A DNA stretch of 63,878 nt, counting the filler, from Collodictyon triciliatum (taxonomy: Eukaryota): the NCBI GenBank assembly GCA_043381765.1. It is 27 parts of 27 records of this genome, joined end to end, with 100 filler letters (N's around TTAATTAATTAA, not from the genome) between each part and the next. Parts side by side here need not be neighbours in the genome. Positions count along the whole stretch, not along the records: positions 43,515 to 45,824 come from JBHJMP010009119.1; positions 45,925 to 48,233 come from JBHJMP010009120.1; positions 48,334 to 50,641 come from JBHJMP010009121.1; positions 50,742 to 53,049 come from JBHJMP010009122.1; positions 53,150 to 55,457 come from JBHJMP010009123.1; positions 55,558 to 57,864 come from JBHJMP010009124.1; 21 more parts are not named here. One strand, written 5' to 3'. A program made the translations under genes and the position numbers. The notes under the pieces were generated by a model. It saw only the letters and a list, made by a program, of their open reading frames with translations, had not been told where the DNA came from and ran no database searches. Each line of letters starts with the position of its first letter. Position 1 is the stretch's first letter. Shown here in pieces: positions 43,681-55,747 of this stretch.

Positions 43681-45611
43681 CTCCCACGAGACAGGAGTTT
43701 CTCAAACTGCTGTTTTCTCTCTGTCTCAAATTCTAGTCACATCCAAGTATATGAAAAGAAATATTTGAATGCATGAATGAATTTACAATATATAATTAAG
43801 AAAGTACGAATATAATGTGAAAATGGCTCGGTATAAAATCTCGATATGATTAATTTTCAAAACGCTTTATATTTTAAGTTTTCTCTTTCTAAATAACCTT
43901 CAACCGAATAAAGGATGAAAATCATTCGTAAATTTGCGTATTCGTGAGTTGGTGTATTCGTTTTTTAAAGGAAAGAAAAGGAAAGGTAAGAACGAATCGA
44001 TTGTGTATGAATAATTTACGTTTATCGTAAGGAAATTTAGTGATTGGATGCTTCGCGATGTCTTCGGGTGGTGTACGTAATTCCATGATTCTTTTTGAGC
44101 ACGAATAAAACCGATCCTTCAAATCCTTTTTATTATTTGTACTGTTATATTATCTAGACATATGAATATATTGCATGATAACCGCGGTAAATAATAAACA
44201 AGGATAATACAAAAGCCAAACAAAGAGTAAAAAAAAAAAAAAAAAAAAATTATTAATTGGATGGTTAGAATCACTATACTACCTCGACGGATTTTTGAGG
44301 CTCGAATCTATCAGCGACAACAATGAATCTGAGGTCAAACATTTCACATAGCTCAAACAATCTATCAGTTTCTTCCTTTGTCCAACTGTCATCTATGTGG
44401 ATAGGTATATATAATTGATTTCAACAAAAGAAAACAATCGGCGATAGCATGAAGAATTCGAATTTTCGTTTAATTATAAATGTCTGCATGAAATACCGCG
44501 AAGGTCATCATTGTATTGATATAAGTATAAAATAAAAAAAATATAATATCAAGAGATCTGATTAAGCAAACCTTGTAGATGTTTCTCGTATTCTTCATCT
44601 GTGTACCGAAACATTTTTATTTTCTTAGAAAACTTTGCGAACGGGTAATCTAATGGGTGATTTTTATATCCATGTAATAATTGAAAGTAACGAGACTCGA
44701 ACATAGTTAAGCTAAAAAAAAAAATTAATAATAGAGCGGACAAGTTCAACAGAAGGTAATTAGAAAAACGTGTGTTGAAGGACTTATATATAGATCTAAT
44801 ATCTGAGAGGTTTTCAAGTTCATAAGAAATCATAATTGCAATTCAAAATTAGCAGCTCCGTGAATATATATGTATATATCATTCGGTAGGACATTCATTT
44901 GAATACCAGCAATCATAGAATCGCTCGTCCTTTTCTTAGCCCAGTGATGGAAAACCATTCCATCTCCTCTACTAGGATGAATGAAGGGTTGCCACTCCCT
45001 AAAACCAGAAAATATGTATTATCAAGGATAGAGATGTAGCACCATGTCATAGTTGCCTCTAATTGACGACGAATTAAATTATCAAAATGAAAGAGGTGAT
45101 TAATTTTTTATGTTGACTATAAGCACTTAATATTGATGATAATTGGAATCGTTGGGTTGATTTTTTTATAAAAAAAAAAATCACATATTTTTTATATAGG
45201 TTGAATTTACGAATGAGTATTAGAAAAGAAATAAATCAAAATCCAAAAAAAAATACTATTAACCAACCAGAAGTCCCGTTGTGAGGATGCAAGTCGCTTT
45301 GCTTTGAATACTATATTGTTTTTCCGGTGATGCAATATAGTGAAATTACAAATTAAGAAGTCGGATAATAGTACATAGATAATACCAGCATCACATTATT
45401 TGAGTATTTCTTGAAACACATAACAGACATTAGTGGTTGTATATTCTCGTGGAAAGGTATGATTCTTGTTGATGTCGGCTCTGATACCACTGCAAATACA
45501 TCTTCTAAACGGAAAAAAAGAAAAGGAACCTGGCGTCACTGATTTTGTGAGCTGAATCGGGGGCAGCTGTCCTCCAGTAAGGGAATATACTTCTCTGTTC
45601 TTTGCCTCCAC
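43668..45611 (-). CDS. DMAP1: DMAP1/Swc4/Eaf2 (SANT-domain NuA4/SWR1 subunit), partial
   Basis: [84 protein letters not shown]. Confidence 0.93.
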
Positions 45612-45650
45612 TGGGATTTTAATTATAAATTACCCCGACGGAAAAGATAT

Positions 45651-45704
45651 AAGAATGGGGCAAAAAATTCCTCTATTCGACTCAATGAAGAATTAGGCAA
45701 AAAA
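45651..45704 (-). mobile_element. Ultra-short TSD-flanked insertion, copy D (degenerate)
   Basis: Insert 45668-45687 (reverse complement CATTGAGTCGAATAGAGGAA) lies between AAGAATGGGGCAAAAAA and AAGAATTAGGCAAAAAA. Confidence 0.65.
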
Positions 45705-45924
45705 TAATAATGAATTAAGGGCAGATAAAAAAAAATTTTATTCACGACAGACTTCGCTGTTGGCGCAAGGGCAGATAAGAATATGATAAAAAAAAAAAAA
45801 AAAAAAGGAAAAGGATAAGAAAAANNNNNNNNNNNNNNNNNNNNNNNNNNNNNNNNNNNNNNNNNNNNTTAATTAATTAANNNNNNNNNNNNNNNNNNNN
45901 NNNNNNNNNNNNNNNNNNNNNNNN

Positions 45925-47005
45925 CATACTTTTTTCCATTCTGTACACCATAATAACCACCATTGCCATCGGCATTGATAGTTATCTGCGAAATACCATT
46001 TGTAAATGCAATTACTTTACCGATTGGACTACCGTCTTTTGCCACGCCTGTAACTCTTTCTGACGCAAACGTGGATATTGGAGTGTGTCCAGCTGGAATT
46101 TTCTGCTGTCCAGCCATATATTCAGCCATAGCCCTGTTCTGCACTTGCAATTTTTTAATAATGTCAAGTCGTCTGATTAATTCTTTTTCGTCCTCATCCG
46201 CACTCTCAATATACTGTGCCCCAATTTTATCAAATTCTTTTACCAATTGTGGCTTTGTCATTTTTTTGTATTCTTGACCATAGTAGTACTCGAGTCCTTC
46301 TAGAGTCTTGACTTCAGGAATAAATGTTTCTGGAGCATATGTCTCAGGGTCTTCTGGGTCAAAGTCAGGGTTTATAGTCAACGGATTTATATTAAGTCCA
46401 TATTTCATATCTATTTGTCCAGTTCGTTCATATTGTTCAAGCATCGCTCTTTCCTCGGCATCAGTCAATCTTGAAAATCGTGGGTCTCTCTGCGGTCCTA
46501 GGGCATTATCAATCTGTATATTTCCAGCTTGAACTACAGGAGGTGGTCCTTGAGGGACATTGACAATAGGAGCCGGGACATTGACAACAGGCGCCGGTAG
46601 CCCAGCAATTCGTGCCACACCAGCAGCTACCGCCTGAATTTGAGCATTTTGTTGACCTATCTGAGTTCCAAGTGCCTGTATACTTCCAGTATTTCGTTCT
46701 AAATTTGTGTTTGTTTCTCCTAACCGGTTTTCTGTTGTTCTCAAGGCTTCTTTAAAAGCACCCTTCATTGCCTCCGTAAATTGTGATAGTCCCATTTCTA
46801 CACCCACACGCGGGTCAGCCGGACCTGCTGCTGCTTGCGCTGCTTGCGGTCTTGGAGGTCCACTAGCCTGTGAAGCAAGTTGTGATGAACTGGCTGCGCC
46901 TCCAGTTGAACTAGAACCGGATAATGTACCAGCTCCTGCTCTTGGTGCTAAAGATGATGCTGGTGCGCCTTGAATTGCTGGTTGTTTTCCTGGTGGTTGA
47001 CTCAT
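45925..47005 (-). CDS. Intronless ORF of unknown family (>360 aa; A/G/S/P/Q-rich N-terminus, short coiled coil), 3'-truncated
   Basis: The ATG at 47005 follows a 19-nt AT-only spacer, and the frame stays open to the contig end. Confidence 0.8.
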
Positions 47006-47024
47006 ATATTATTAAATAAAAAAA

Positions 47025-48233
47025 TTATTTATTGAGTCGAATATCTAAAAAAAATTTGTCTGGTACAACCCAAATCCTCAGAGTATTGTCCGGGATTTTC
47101 TTTGTGTACTTTTTTGTTTTCCACTGAAAGCTTTCCTCCTCTGTAAATGTTGGACCCCTACGCGGTTCTTGTTGCGTTTCATCCACATATTCATATTGAT
47201 AATCCGGTTCATCTAAATCTTGTGATTCTGAACGTACTATTTGAAAACCGCTAATATCAGGGTCATCTTCATCTTCTTTTTCATATTCCATTACTATCAA
47301 AGCTCGTTCATATTCATTTTCAATCATCGGCTCATATTCTAATAATAATAATGGTGGTGATTGAGTTTGTACTGTGGCCTGGGAGCTACTTGAGGAACCT
47401 GGTGGAAGTCGTAATTCTAATGGAACCATTTCATTGTAATACTCAGGACCTTTAATAGGTAGTCCTTTTTTTGATATATCTCTATAATTTTTTGTGTTGG
47501 TGCAATTGAAACATCATATGAGTATTTTTTTGTAACTAAAGTTCCTTTTTCATTTTCTCTTTCGTCTTCAATAACTTCAATAAAACGGTTTCGGATTGGC
47601 GCAGGTAATTGTTTTTCTATTATATATTCAAATCCAAAATTTAAATCATATTTTTCTAGTTTTACATCTTTTACACCATCTCTATAATTATATGGAGTTA
47701 TAAAATATTCATTTGATGGTAATTTTGATACATCTTCATCTAATAAATATATTCTAGGGTTATGTAATTTGTCATAAACAGCAGTAGCACTCATGCAAAT
47801 CTTATAAAAATCAACTGGCATACCTAGTTTTGCAATATGTAGTTCTTTTAAAAATTCAATGCGTCGTTCATTTTCTGGTTTTTTAAGGACTCTATCTATA
47901 AATGTCAAAAATTGGGGTATTGTTGAAAAAGTTACAGCATGTAAACTGCCAGGACCAAGTTTAAAATCGCTTATTGCTCTTTGGTCTTTTTCTGAAGGTG
48001 TATTCCATACAATCTGAAGAAATTTATCCCAAAGTTGGTCCACACCATTGGCTAACATACCGTGAGGATAATTTCCTGATTTTACTTGTGGTTTTTGAAT
48101 TCTATCTAGAAATGTAGCAAAATCATCATTAAATATAGGTCTCAAATATTTATTATAAAACTGTTCCATAGTTAAATTTTCATTGGGAAACAAATTTCGA
48201 GCTAGACTTGTTTGGGGTGAGGGTGTAGGCGTT
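47025..48233 (-). CDS. 3' part of a large intronless gene of unknown family, split by one frameshift at an A7 run
   Basis: ORFs 48233-47417 and 47429-47025 join into ...EIYQKKGLPIKGPEYYNEMVPLELRL... if one A is added at 47466-47472. Paralogous to 30958-31353. Confidence 0.75.
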
Positions 48234-48996
48234 NNNNNNNNNNNNNNNNNNNNNNNNNNNNNNNNNNNNNNNNNNNNTTAATTAATTAANNNNNNNNNNN
48301 NNNNNNNNNNNNNNNNNNNNNNNNNNNNNNNNNCATTTTTCATTTTTCATTTTTCATTTTTCATTTTTCATTTTTCATTTTTCATTTTTCATTTTTCATT
48401 TTTCATTTTTCATTTTTCTTTTTTCATTTTTCTTTTTTCATTTTTCTTTGGCACGTTGTTATATGACCTATGGCCATCCATTTACACACCCACACCAGAC
48501 ACCAGCGCCCAAACGCCGCACGTCTTGGGTTGCCAGCCGCCCATTTGGCCATTCCAAAATCACAAGAGGAATATTCCAGAATTGGCCGACGTTGTCTTGC
48601 CCTATCCGTGCAGCTTGATCGCGGATGAGAAGTTGATGGATCACCACAACGCGGGATATTCATCTTGCAGCCGATCGGCCTTGCGCAGGGAACAGGCTTG
48701 TTGGAGCTGCGTCGAGCTCCGGATCGAACTGCGCCAATATTCTCAAAACAAAGGGGCTGAAATATGAGAGAGAGGGAGAGAAAAAAACCAGAAACTAATC
48801 TTCTAGATCAATCATCAGTCTCTCTTCTTTTTTTTAATTATTATTCTTTATTTTTTTAATAATCTCTTCTTTTTTTATGTTTTCCTCTTTACAACTACAG
48901 CACCACGACCGGAAGCAGGCTTCTCTCGCACGTCTCCTTTTCACCACTGTCTTTTCTTTTTTTCTTTTTTTTTTTTTTGCCAGTATTTCAAAGTCG

Positions 48997-50454
48997 ATGG
49001 CGCACTCATACGTAGTGCGGGAGGATCACAACACCGCCGAGGTTGGTGCCCAGAAGGCCAGCAAAAACAACTGGTTCAACCTGCGCAAAACGCTTCCAGA
49101 CCCCAGAGAGGTGGACCAAAGTCTTATCCAGCCCGAAAATCAGGCACCTGTTGAAAATCGTGGACCTGAAGTATCTCTTGAAGCTCACTCCTCCTTCGCG
49201 TCTAAGCTTTTCTTGTGCGTTTTGTGGGCTGTGGGGAAGATTTCACACTTTAGAGTCTACCCCAATTCCAGCTGGCATGAGTCGTTTCTCTTGCTCCTGA
49301 TTATTTGTGCAATATACAATACAGTCACAATTCCGCTTCGCCTTGCATTCAAGTTGCACTCAGACATGTCTATTATGATTCTGGACTATGCCGTATCGGA
49401 TGTGGTTTACATCCTCGACATATTTTTTAACATGCGCTCGGCCTACCACGATGAAGGCTCCCTGCAAACATCAAAAAGAAGGCTCATGGAACGATATCGG
49501 AGATCTGGGGGCTACTATCTCCACCTAATCTCGACTTTCCCGCTGGAAATACTCTCTTTGGTGGTTGATCCTTCATACCGCACTTACTTTCGCTTGAATC
49601 GTGTACTGCGAATTTTTTCCATGCCAAAGGCCATAGAGCGCATCGAAAAGCTGATTAGCAAAAATATCAACGTCGTTCGATTGGTTGAATTATTCTTCTC
49701 CGTTATGATATATGTACATTGGGTAGCATGCTTGTGGATATTAATTGCTAGGCTGGAAGGGTTTGAAAAGTCAAACTGGGTCCGTCATTACGATGTGAAT
49801 GACTATGAAACCTTTGACCAATATATAATTGCATTGTATTGGGCTATGATTACTTTTGCCACTGTGGGCTACGGAGACATCGTTGCTACAACGCGTTACG
49901 AACGGGTTTGCAACTTCTCTTTCTTTTTTTTTTTTTTATCAAAATGATTCATTGTTATGATCAGTAAGCCAATTAAATGATTTTTTACAAAAAAAAAAAA
50001 AAAAATAGATATATACAATTCTGGTTGTGTTCATCGGAGCTGCCGTGTATGCCACTATCTTCGGTAATATGACAAATTTAATTGCATCTTTGAATTCTGA
50101 CAGTGCTCGCTACCGTGAAAAATTAGACATGCTCAATGAGTATATGAGGTAATCTGTTTGTTTACTCTTCTTGTTTTTTTCTGGAATTTTTCATGAAGAT
50201 GAAATTCATGATAATATCCTTGTCATCATATTCGCTGCAACACGACCTCAAAGAAAGTCATTGAATAAATATGAAGATACCGCGAACTTCCGCACTCGCT
50301 TCAAGAACGTATTCGTAACTACTACAATGTCATTTGGACCCGACACAAAGGACTTGATGAGTCTTCTATTTTGAATGACCTTCCTCCTTCTCTAAGGTCG
50401 GATGTCGCACTTTATTTGCATCATCATCTTGTACAGAAAGTTCCCCTTTTTCAG
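48997..50454 (+). CDS. Voltage-gated K+ channel of the cyclic-nucleotide-binding-domain (EAG/HCN/plant Shaker-like) family, partial
   Basis: S4 RTYFRLNRVLRI, HWVACLW, pore ALYWAMITFATVGYGD, C-linker LPHSLQERIRNYY and ILNDLPPSLRSDV...KVPLFQ. The start is tentative. Confidence 0.93.
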
Positions 50455-50984
50455 GTTCGTTACTGTCTAGCGTTTGTTATGTTGTCATATCAAATGGAGG
50501 CTGCTCTCCTTATGCCATGATTAACCTTTAATTGGTGTCTTGTTTTGTTTTGTTTTGTTTTGTTTTGTTTTGTTTTGTTTTGTTTTGTTTTGTTTTGTTT
50601 TGTTTTGTTTTGTTTTGTTTTGTTTTGTTTTGTTTTGTTTTNNNNNNNNNNNNNNNNNNNNNNNNNNNNNNNNNNNNNNNNNNNNTTAATTAATTAANNN
50701 NNNNNNNNNNNNNNNNNNNNNNNNNNNNNNNNNNNNNNNNNTTGTTTGTTTGTTTGTTTGTTTGTTTGTTTGTTTGTTTGTTTGTTTGTTTGTTTGTTTG
50801 TTTGTTTGTTTGTTTGTTTGTTTGTTTGTTTGTTAGTTTTGATATTTTATATGCACCTATGATTCAACACGTATAAAAGATGAACGCTTAAGAAATGGGA
50901 GAGATGATGAGGATATATTGAATCATAGTCTCAGCTGTATGCCATTTTTCAAATTCAAATATCTCTTATTCGTAAAAATCGAAG

Positions 50985-51550
50985 GTCTGACAGAGAGCAT
51001 GATGCCATGAGACGAATGAAAACAGAATTCCTTGTAATATGCGGATATTCTCCTATGCATTCCTCCTTTTTGCAATAACCATATTTTATTTTTCTTATTT
51101 TCTTCTGATTTTGTTTACTGCATCTGCTAGGTACAAATGGATGGTGTTGGCAGCAGCCCGCAAGACCATATTTTTGTGATGGGTATCTATAATTCTACCA
51201 CTTCATATTGAAGCGTGATAACTGGTGTCAATAAACCATGAATTAGAAGAAATTAAAAAAATATCTTATTCATAACACACGGTTGCCATAGGAGCTACAA
51301 ATAGGCCGTTTGACATAGATGAAGCTGCGCGAAGAAGACTCGTTTGTCTTACGTGCATTCATTTCATAATTTAAATGTGTTGTTCGGAATCTGTTCGTCC
51401 GATAAAGCATACTTTATTAATTTTTAAAATCATATTACAACCTTACACACTCAGAACTCACATACAGATACACACAGACAAAAAAAATGAAAGAAAAAAT
51501 GAAAGAAAAAATGAAAGAAAAAATGAAAGAAAAAATGAAAGAAAAAATGA

Positions 51551-51646
<96 letters not shown>

Positions 51647-52253
51647 GAAATACGGATAATAACCCTTTCATCCACACACCTTCCTTTGTCCATGAACAAT
51701 ATTTTTCAGGTCCACCGCATTTATGTCCCTCTACCAGACTATACTACTCGTCTCAGAATTCTGCAAAACATTCTTCGCCCAGTGGTCACGAGTCTGAGCG
51801 AGCAAGACTTCTCCTCCATCGCCAGAAGCCTTGAAGGTTCAATTCCTTTCCAACATGAAGCCAACCACCATTAATTAGAAGAAATGAAAATAGAGCACAA
51901 ATATATAAAGGAAATATTCGCATTCGTTTTCTTTTGAATCAGTTAACCACTTTTGATGCACAGGATATTCGGGAAGCGACATCGCTACGATATGCAAAGA
52001 CGCTGCATTCGCTCCTATCCGCGAAATCGGGTCAAAGGTCATCAGACTATTTCTCCATTTGCACGGTCATTTTTGTCGATATCTTCTCAATACACCCCTC
52101 ATGACGCAGCTGGATGCAATCTCCATTGGAGGAATCCGACCACTCCACTCAAGCGACTTTGACGCTGCCATCAAAAAGATTCGCCCTTCTGTCGATCCCG
52201 CCTCCATCGAGAGACTCGCACAGTGGAATACAGAGTTTGGCCAGGCGAAGTGA
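50985..52253 (+). CDS. Meiotic-clade AAA ATPase (spastin/fidgetin-like), C-terminal exons
   Basis: RRMKTEFLVQMDG, GATNRPFDIDEAARRRL, RIYVPLPD, GYSGSDI, KIRPSV...WNTEFG followed by a stop. Confidence 0.92.
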
Positions 52254-53505
52254 GGAGAAACAAAAAAAAGAAAAGAAAAAAAAAGGAAAAAAAGGAAAAA
52301 AAGATAAAGGCTTACACACGGAAAGTCCTCGGGCGACTGCGCAGTCCTCTTTTGGAAAATAAAATAAACCATATCAAAGTGAGACCTGAAAGCATTTAAA
52401 GTGGAACGTGTTGGTGAAATAACATAGTGGAATGTTGACAGATTGGCTGATTTGCAAATCTTGTCACAAGTTGAAGATTTGAAAGATATCAGACAAAGCC
52501 CGAGCATTTATTCCTGGCAGCTCTTCAAACCCACCTGGGATTCAGCCTGACAAGCCAGCCAGCTTCGTTGTCCCCTTTACTTCCAGTTCCGTTCATTGAG
52601 ACATACAAACGACGAAAACGCATTTTATTGCTAATTCTGGAGTTCATCCCTTATGTAGCTTGCCTTTCACCGCGCTGTGATATGTTTTTTTTTTAATTTT
52701 TTTTTTGTTTTTGGTCAAAGCAAATAATTGTGTTCTAATATGTGATTTTGAAGTATGGCCGGGCGTGATTCCGCCCAACAAAATACACTCCCTTTGAAAA
52801 CTGCTGTTTCTACTGCGATGGCTCTTCTCGCCTATGGCATAAGAGAACCTGAGAAAGGTTTGGCTGTGTTATCAGCATTCAGGCCTCCTTTCTGCAATCT
52901 TTTGAGGGCCGAGAGAAAACCGAAAGAACTGCGCTAAAGAGAGAAGAGCTGTTGCGCGGAATAGAGAGAGAAGAGAGAGAAGAGAGAGAAGAGAGAGAAG
53001 AGAGAGAAGAGAGAGAAGAGAGAGAAGAGAGAGAAGAGAGAGAAGAGAGNNNNNNNNNNNNNNNNNNNNNNNNNNNNNNNNNNNNNNNNNNNNTTAATTA
53101 ATTAANNNNNNNNNNNNNNNNNNNNNNNNNNNNNNNNNNNNNNNNNNNNTCTTTTCTTCTTCTTTTCTATTTCTTCTTTTCTATTTCTTCTTTTCTATTT
53201 CTTCTTTTCTATTTCTTCTTTTCTATTTCTTCTATTTCTTCTTTTCTATTTCTTCTTTTCTATTTCTTCTTTTCTATTTCTTCTTTTCTATTTCTTCTTT
53301 TCTATTTCTTCTTTTCTATTTCTTCTTTTCTTCTTTTCTTATTTTCTTATTTTCTTATTTTCTTATTTTCTTATTTTCTTATTTTCTTATTTTCTTATTT
53401 TTTTTCTTTTTTTATCTCGAGATAGTGATAAACGAGTATAAATGCGCGTACATCTTACATAAGCGATACTCTCGTCTATTTGTTTCATTTGTTTAAGATG
53501 ATTAC

Positions 53506-54905
53506 CTGCTCGGATGTAGCATTTAAGTAATCGTCTCGGATTTGGAAATACACACTCAGTTTATCCACGAATTCTGTGACATTACTATAAAAAAAAGTAC
53601 GTGGGGTCTAAGACAATGTCATTTTGGTTGTTCATAAACAAAATCTTCTCACCAATTTTGAACGCCTTTGTGTTGTAGAAGCCTTGTTGCAAGTCTGAAA
53701 AGACCCCCAGTTTCTAATATAGAACAACTCAATAAACTTATGTGTCTTGCATTAAAAGGGGAAGAAACACTCATACTGCCTTGAATCATCTCCACGTATT
53801 GGGCGACTGTGGGGCATATCAGAGTTTCTCTCCAATAAAGCTCTTGGCCTTGGCCTGTGTGAAGGCGTATCATCTCTTCTGCGAAATAATTCGGATTAGG
53901 ATGAGTTGTTATATGTCTTATTTTGTCTCAATGCTTTCAGTTTATATACCAGTGAATATTCGGAGCATATCTACATCACTCCAGTGTAATACGTCACGAA
54001 GGGCGATGAAATACATAAAGTTGGCAGAGTTTATGCTTTGTGGGATACCATACACAATGTGCGTTGCTGTTTAATCGCGTAAATTTATAATAATTAAAAA
54101 AACGAAAAAGATATGCTGTGTACTAAATCATAAGCATAACATCTGTGTTATCATATTAGAGCTCTATTAGTGTCGTAAAAATTCTCTTCAATCGCGTCAT
54201 ATTTTTTTTTCCTTTATTCGATTCAAAGACAATCAATCGCGTCATATTGAAAGGTATTTAAGCTACTTACCAGGAAATCCTCGACGAAGGGCTGAGTTAT
54301 CTTCAATGTCATCGATTCTTTACAAAACAAAATGGTATTGGTATTATTTGAGTTTTTAAAAAAAAACCTTGATTACATAAAGAATATGAAATATCGTGTC
54401 GCCCCCAATACAGATATACTTGATCTCGCTGCACTTTGAATCGAATAAAGGGGAAAAAATACAGATATACTTGATTTAAAGTATACATCAGGCTCGCATT
54501 GTGAAGCTTTGAAATAATTTCTTTGATAAGCGATGCATCTTGATCAGAGGCCTTCAACCAGACATTAATTCCCTGTATAAACAGACCTCGTGTATCTTTA
54601 CCTAAATGAAAAGTATTCTTTAATGATTGATACTTTACGCACGTATAGAATTTGCTGAAAATGTAGCAATAAATCATTTTCACCTGGATTCTTGCAAATA
54701 TATTCGAATGGCTTTCGATGTTTGAATGATGTTTTAAAACTTGTAAGTGGAATATGTATGTTTTATTATAACATTGGGTTCTTTGTAACTCAGAGTCCAT
54801 ACAAATTTTGGATTATAACGGCACCAAGATGCATAGAAATTTACAAAATTTTCAAACTACCTGGGTTATAGGAATGGCTTCATAGGCTTCCTCGGATGAC
54901 TGCAT
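53506..54905 (-). CDS. Geranylgeranyl diphosphate synthase (GGPS1-type), 3'-partial
   Basis: PFEYICKNPGKDTR, LHNASLIIDDIEDNSALRRGFP, YGIPQSINSANF, LHTGQGQELYWR, KTGGLFRLA, FQIRDDYLN. Confidence 0.93.
54188..54248 (-). mobile_element. Ultra-short TSD-flanked insertion, copy E (GGPS intron)
   Basis: Insert 54204-54232 (reverse complement TTGTCTTTGAATCGAATAAAGGAAAAAAA) lies between perfect 16-nt repeats TCAATCGCGTCATATT. Confidence 0.85.
54407..54475 (+). mobile_element. Ultra-short TSD-flanked insertion, copy F (GGPS intron; the longest copy)
   Basis: Insert 54425-54457 CTCGCTGCACTTTGAATCGAATAAAGGGGAAAA lies between perfect 18-nt repeats AATACAGATATACTTGAT. Confidence 0.85.
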
Positions 54906-55747
54906 TTCTGAATCGAACCAATATATGCTAATTCTGCTGCTATGTACGTTGCGCTAATTGAATCAAAGGCAATTCGATACACAATTTTTGGCTGTTGTTG
55001 TTATTATTATTTGTCAATCCTTACACCGAAACTTTTTTTTTTGTAATCGGAGAGCAATCTTTCTAATAACCTTGGAAATATCGGCTAATAGAAAACTGTG
55101 TATTCGCATTTATCGGATATCTTGATGACATCAAAGAACCTAAATTTAATTAGCTAGAGTATTTTTAACTCAAGCAATAAAGTTTATTACGGGTCGCATC
55201 CGATACAAGTTATGGCTATAAGCAAAAAAAAATAATGTATCCTTAAGTTCGCTTGAAATTACGTTTAGTCGGATACACACTTATGATGACCTGATAAATT
55301 AGTCTTATGGGATGAGTCGTAAAGAGGATACTACTCAATTGTTGTTGTTATTTTGTTTTTTTGTTTTTTGTTTTTTTGTTTTTTTGTTTTTTTGTTTTTT
55401 TGTTTTTTTGTTTTTTTGTTTTTTTGTTTTTTTGTTTTTTTGTTTTTTTGTTTTTTTNNNNNNNNNNNNNNNNNNNNNNNNNNNNNNNNNNNNNNNNNNN
55501 NTTAATTAATTAANNNNNNNNNNNNNNNNNNNNNNNNNNNNNNNNNNNNNNNNNNNNAAGAAGAAGAAGAAGAAGAAGAAGAAGAAGAAGAAGAAGAAGA
55601 AGAAGAAGAAGAAGAAGAAGAAGAAGAAGAAGAAGAAGAAGAAGAAGAAGAAGAAGAAGAAAGCAAAAATTGGTAATACGATCATAGAATAATTGGTGTG
55701 CATCGGTACCAGTCGATATTCATAATCACATAATTATGATCTATACT

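Noticed and set aside
43895-43925. Further possible micro-insertion copies (CCGAATAAAGGA at about 43904; similar at about 20980 and 39780)
   Set aside because: The core match is only partial and there is no convincing flanking direct repeat.
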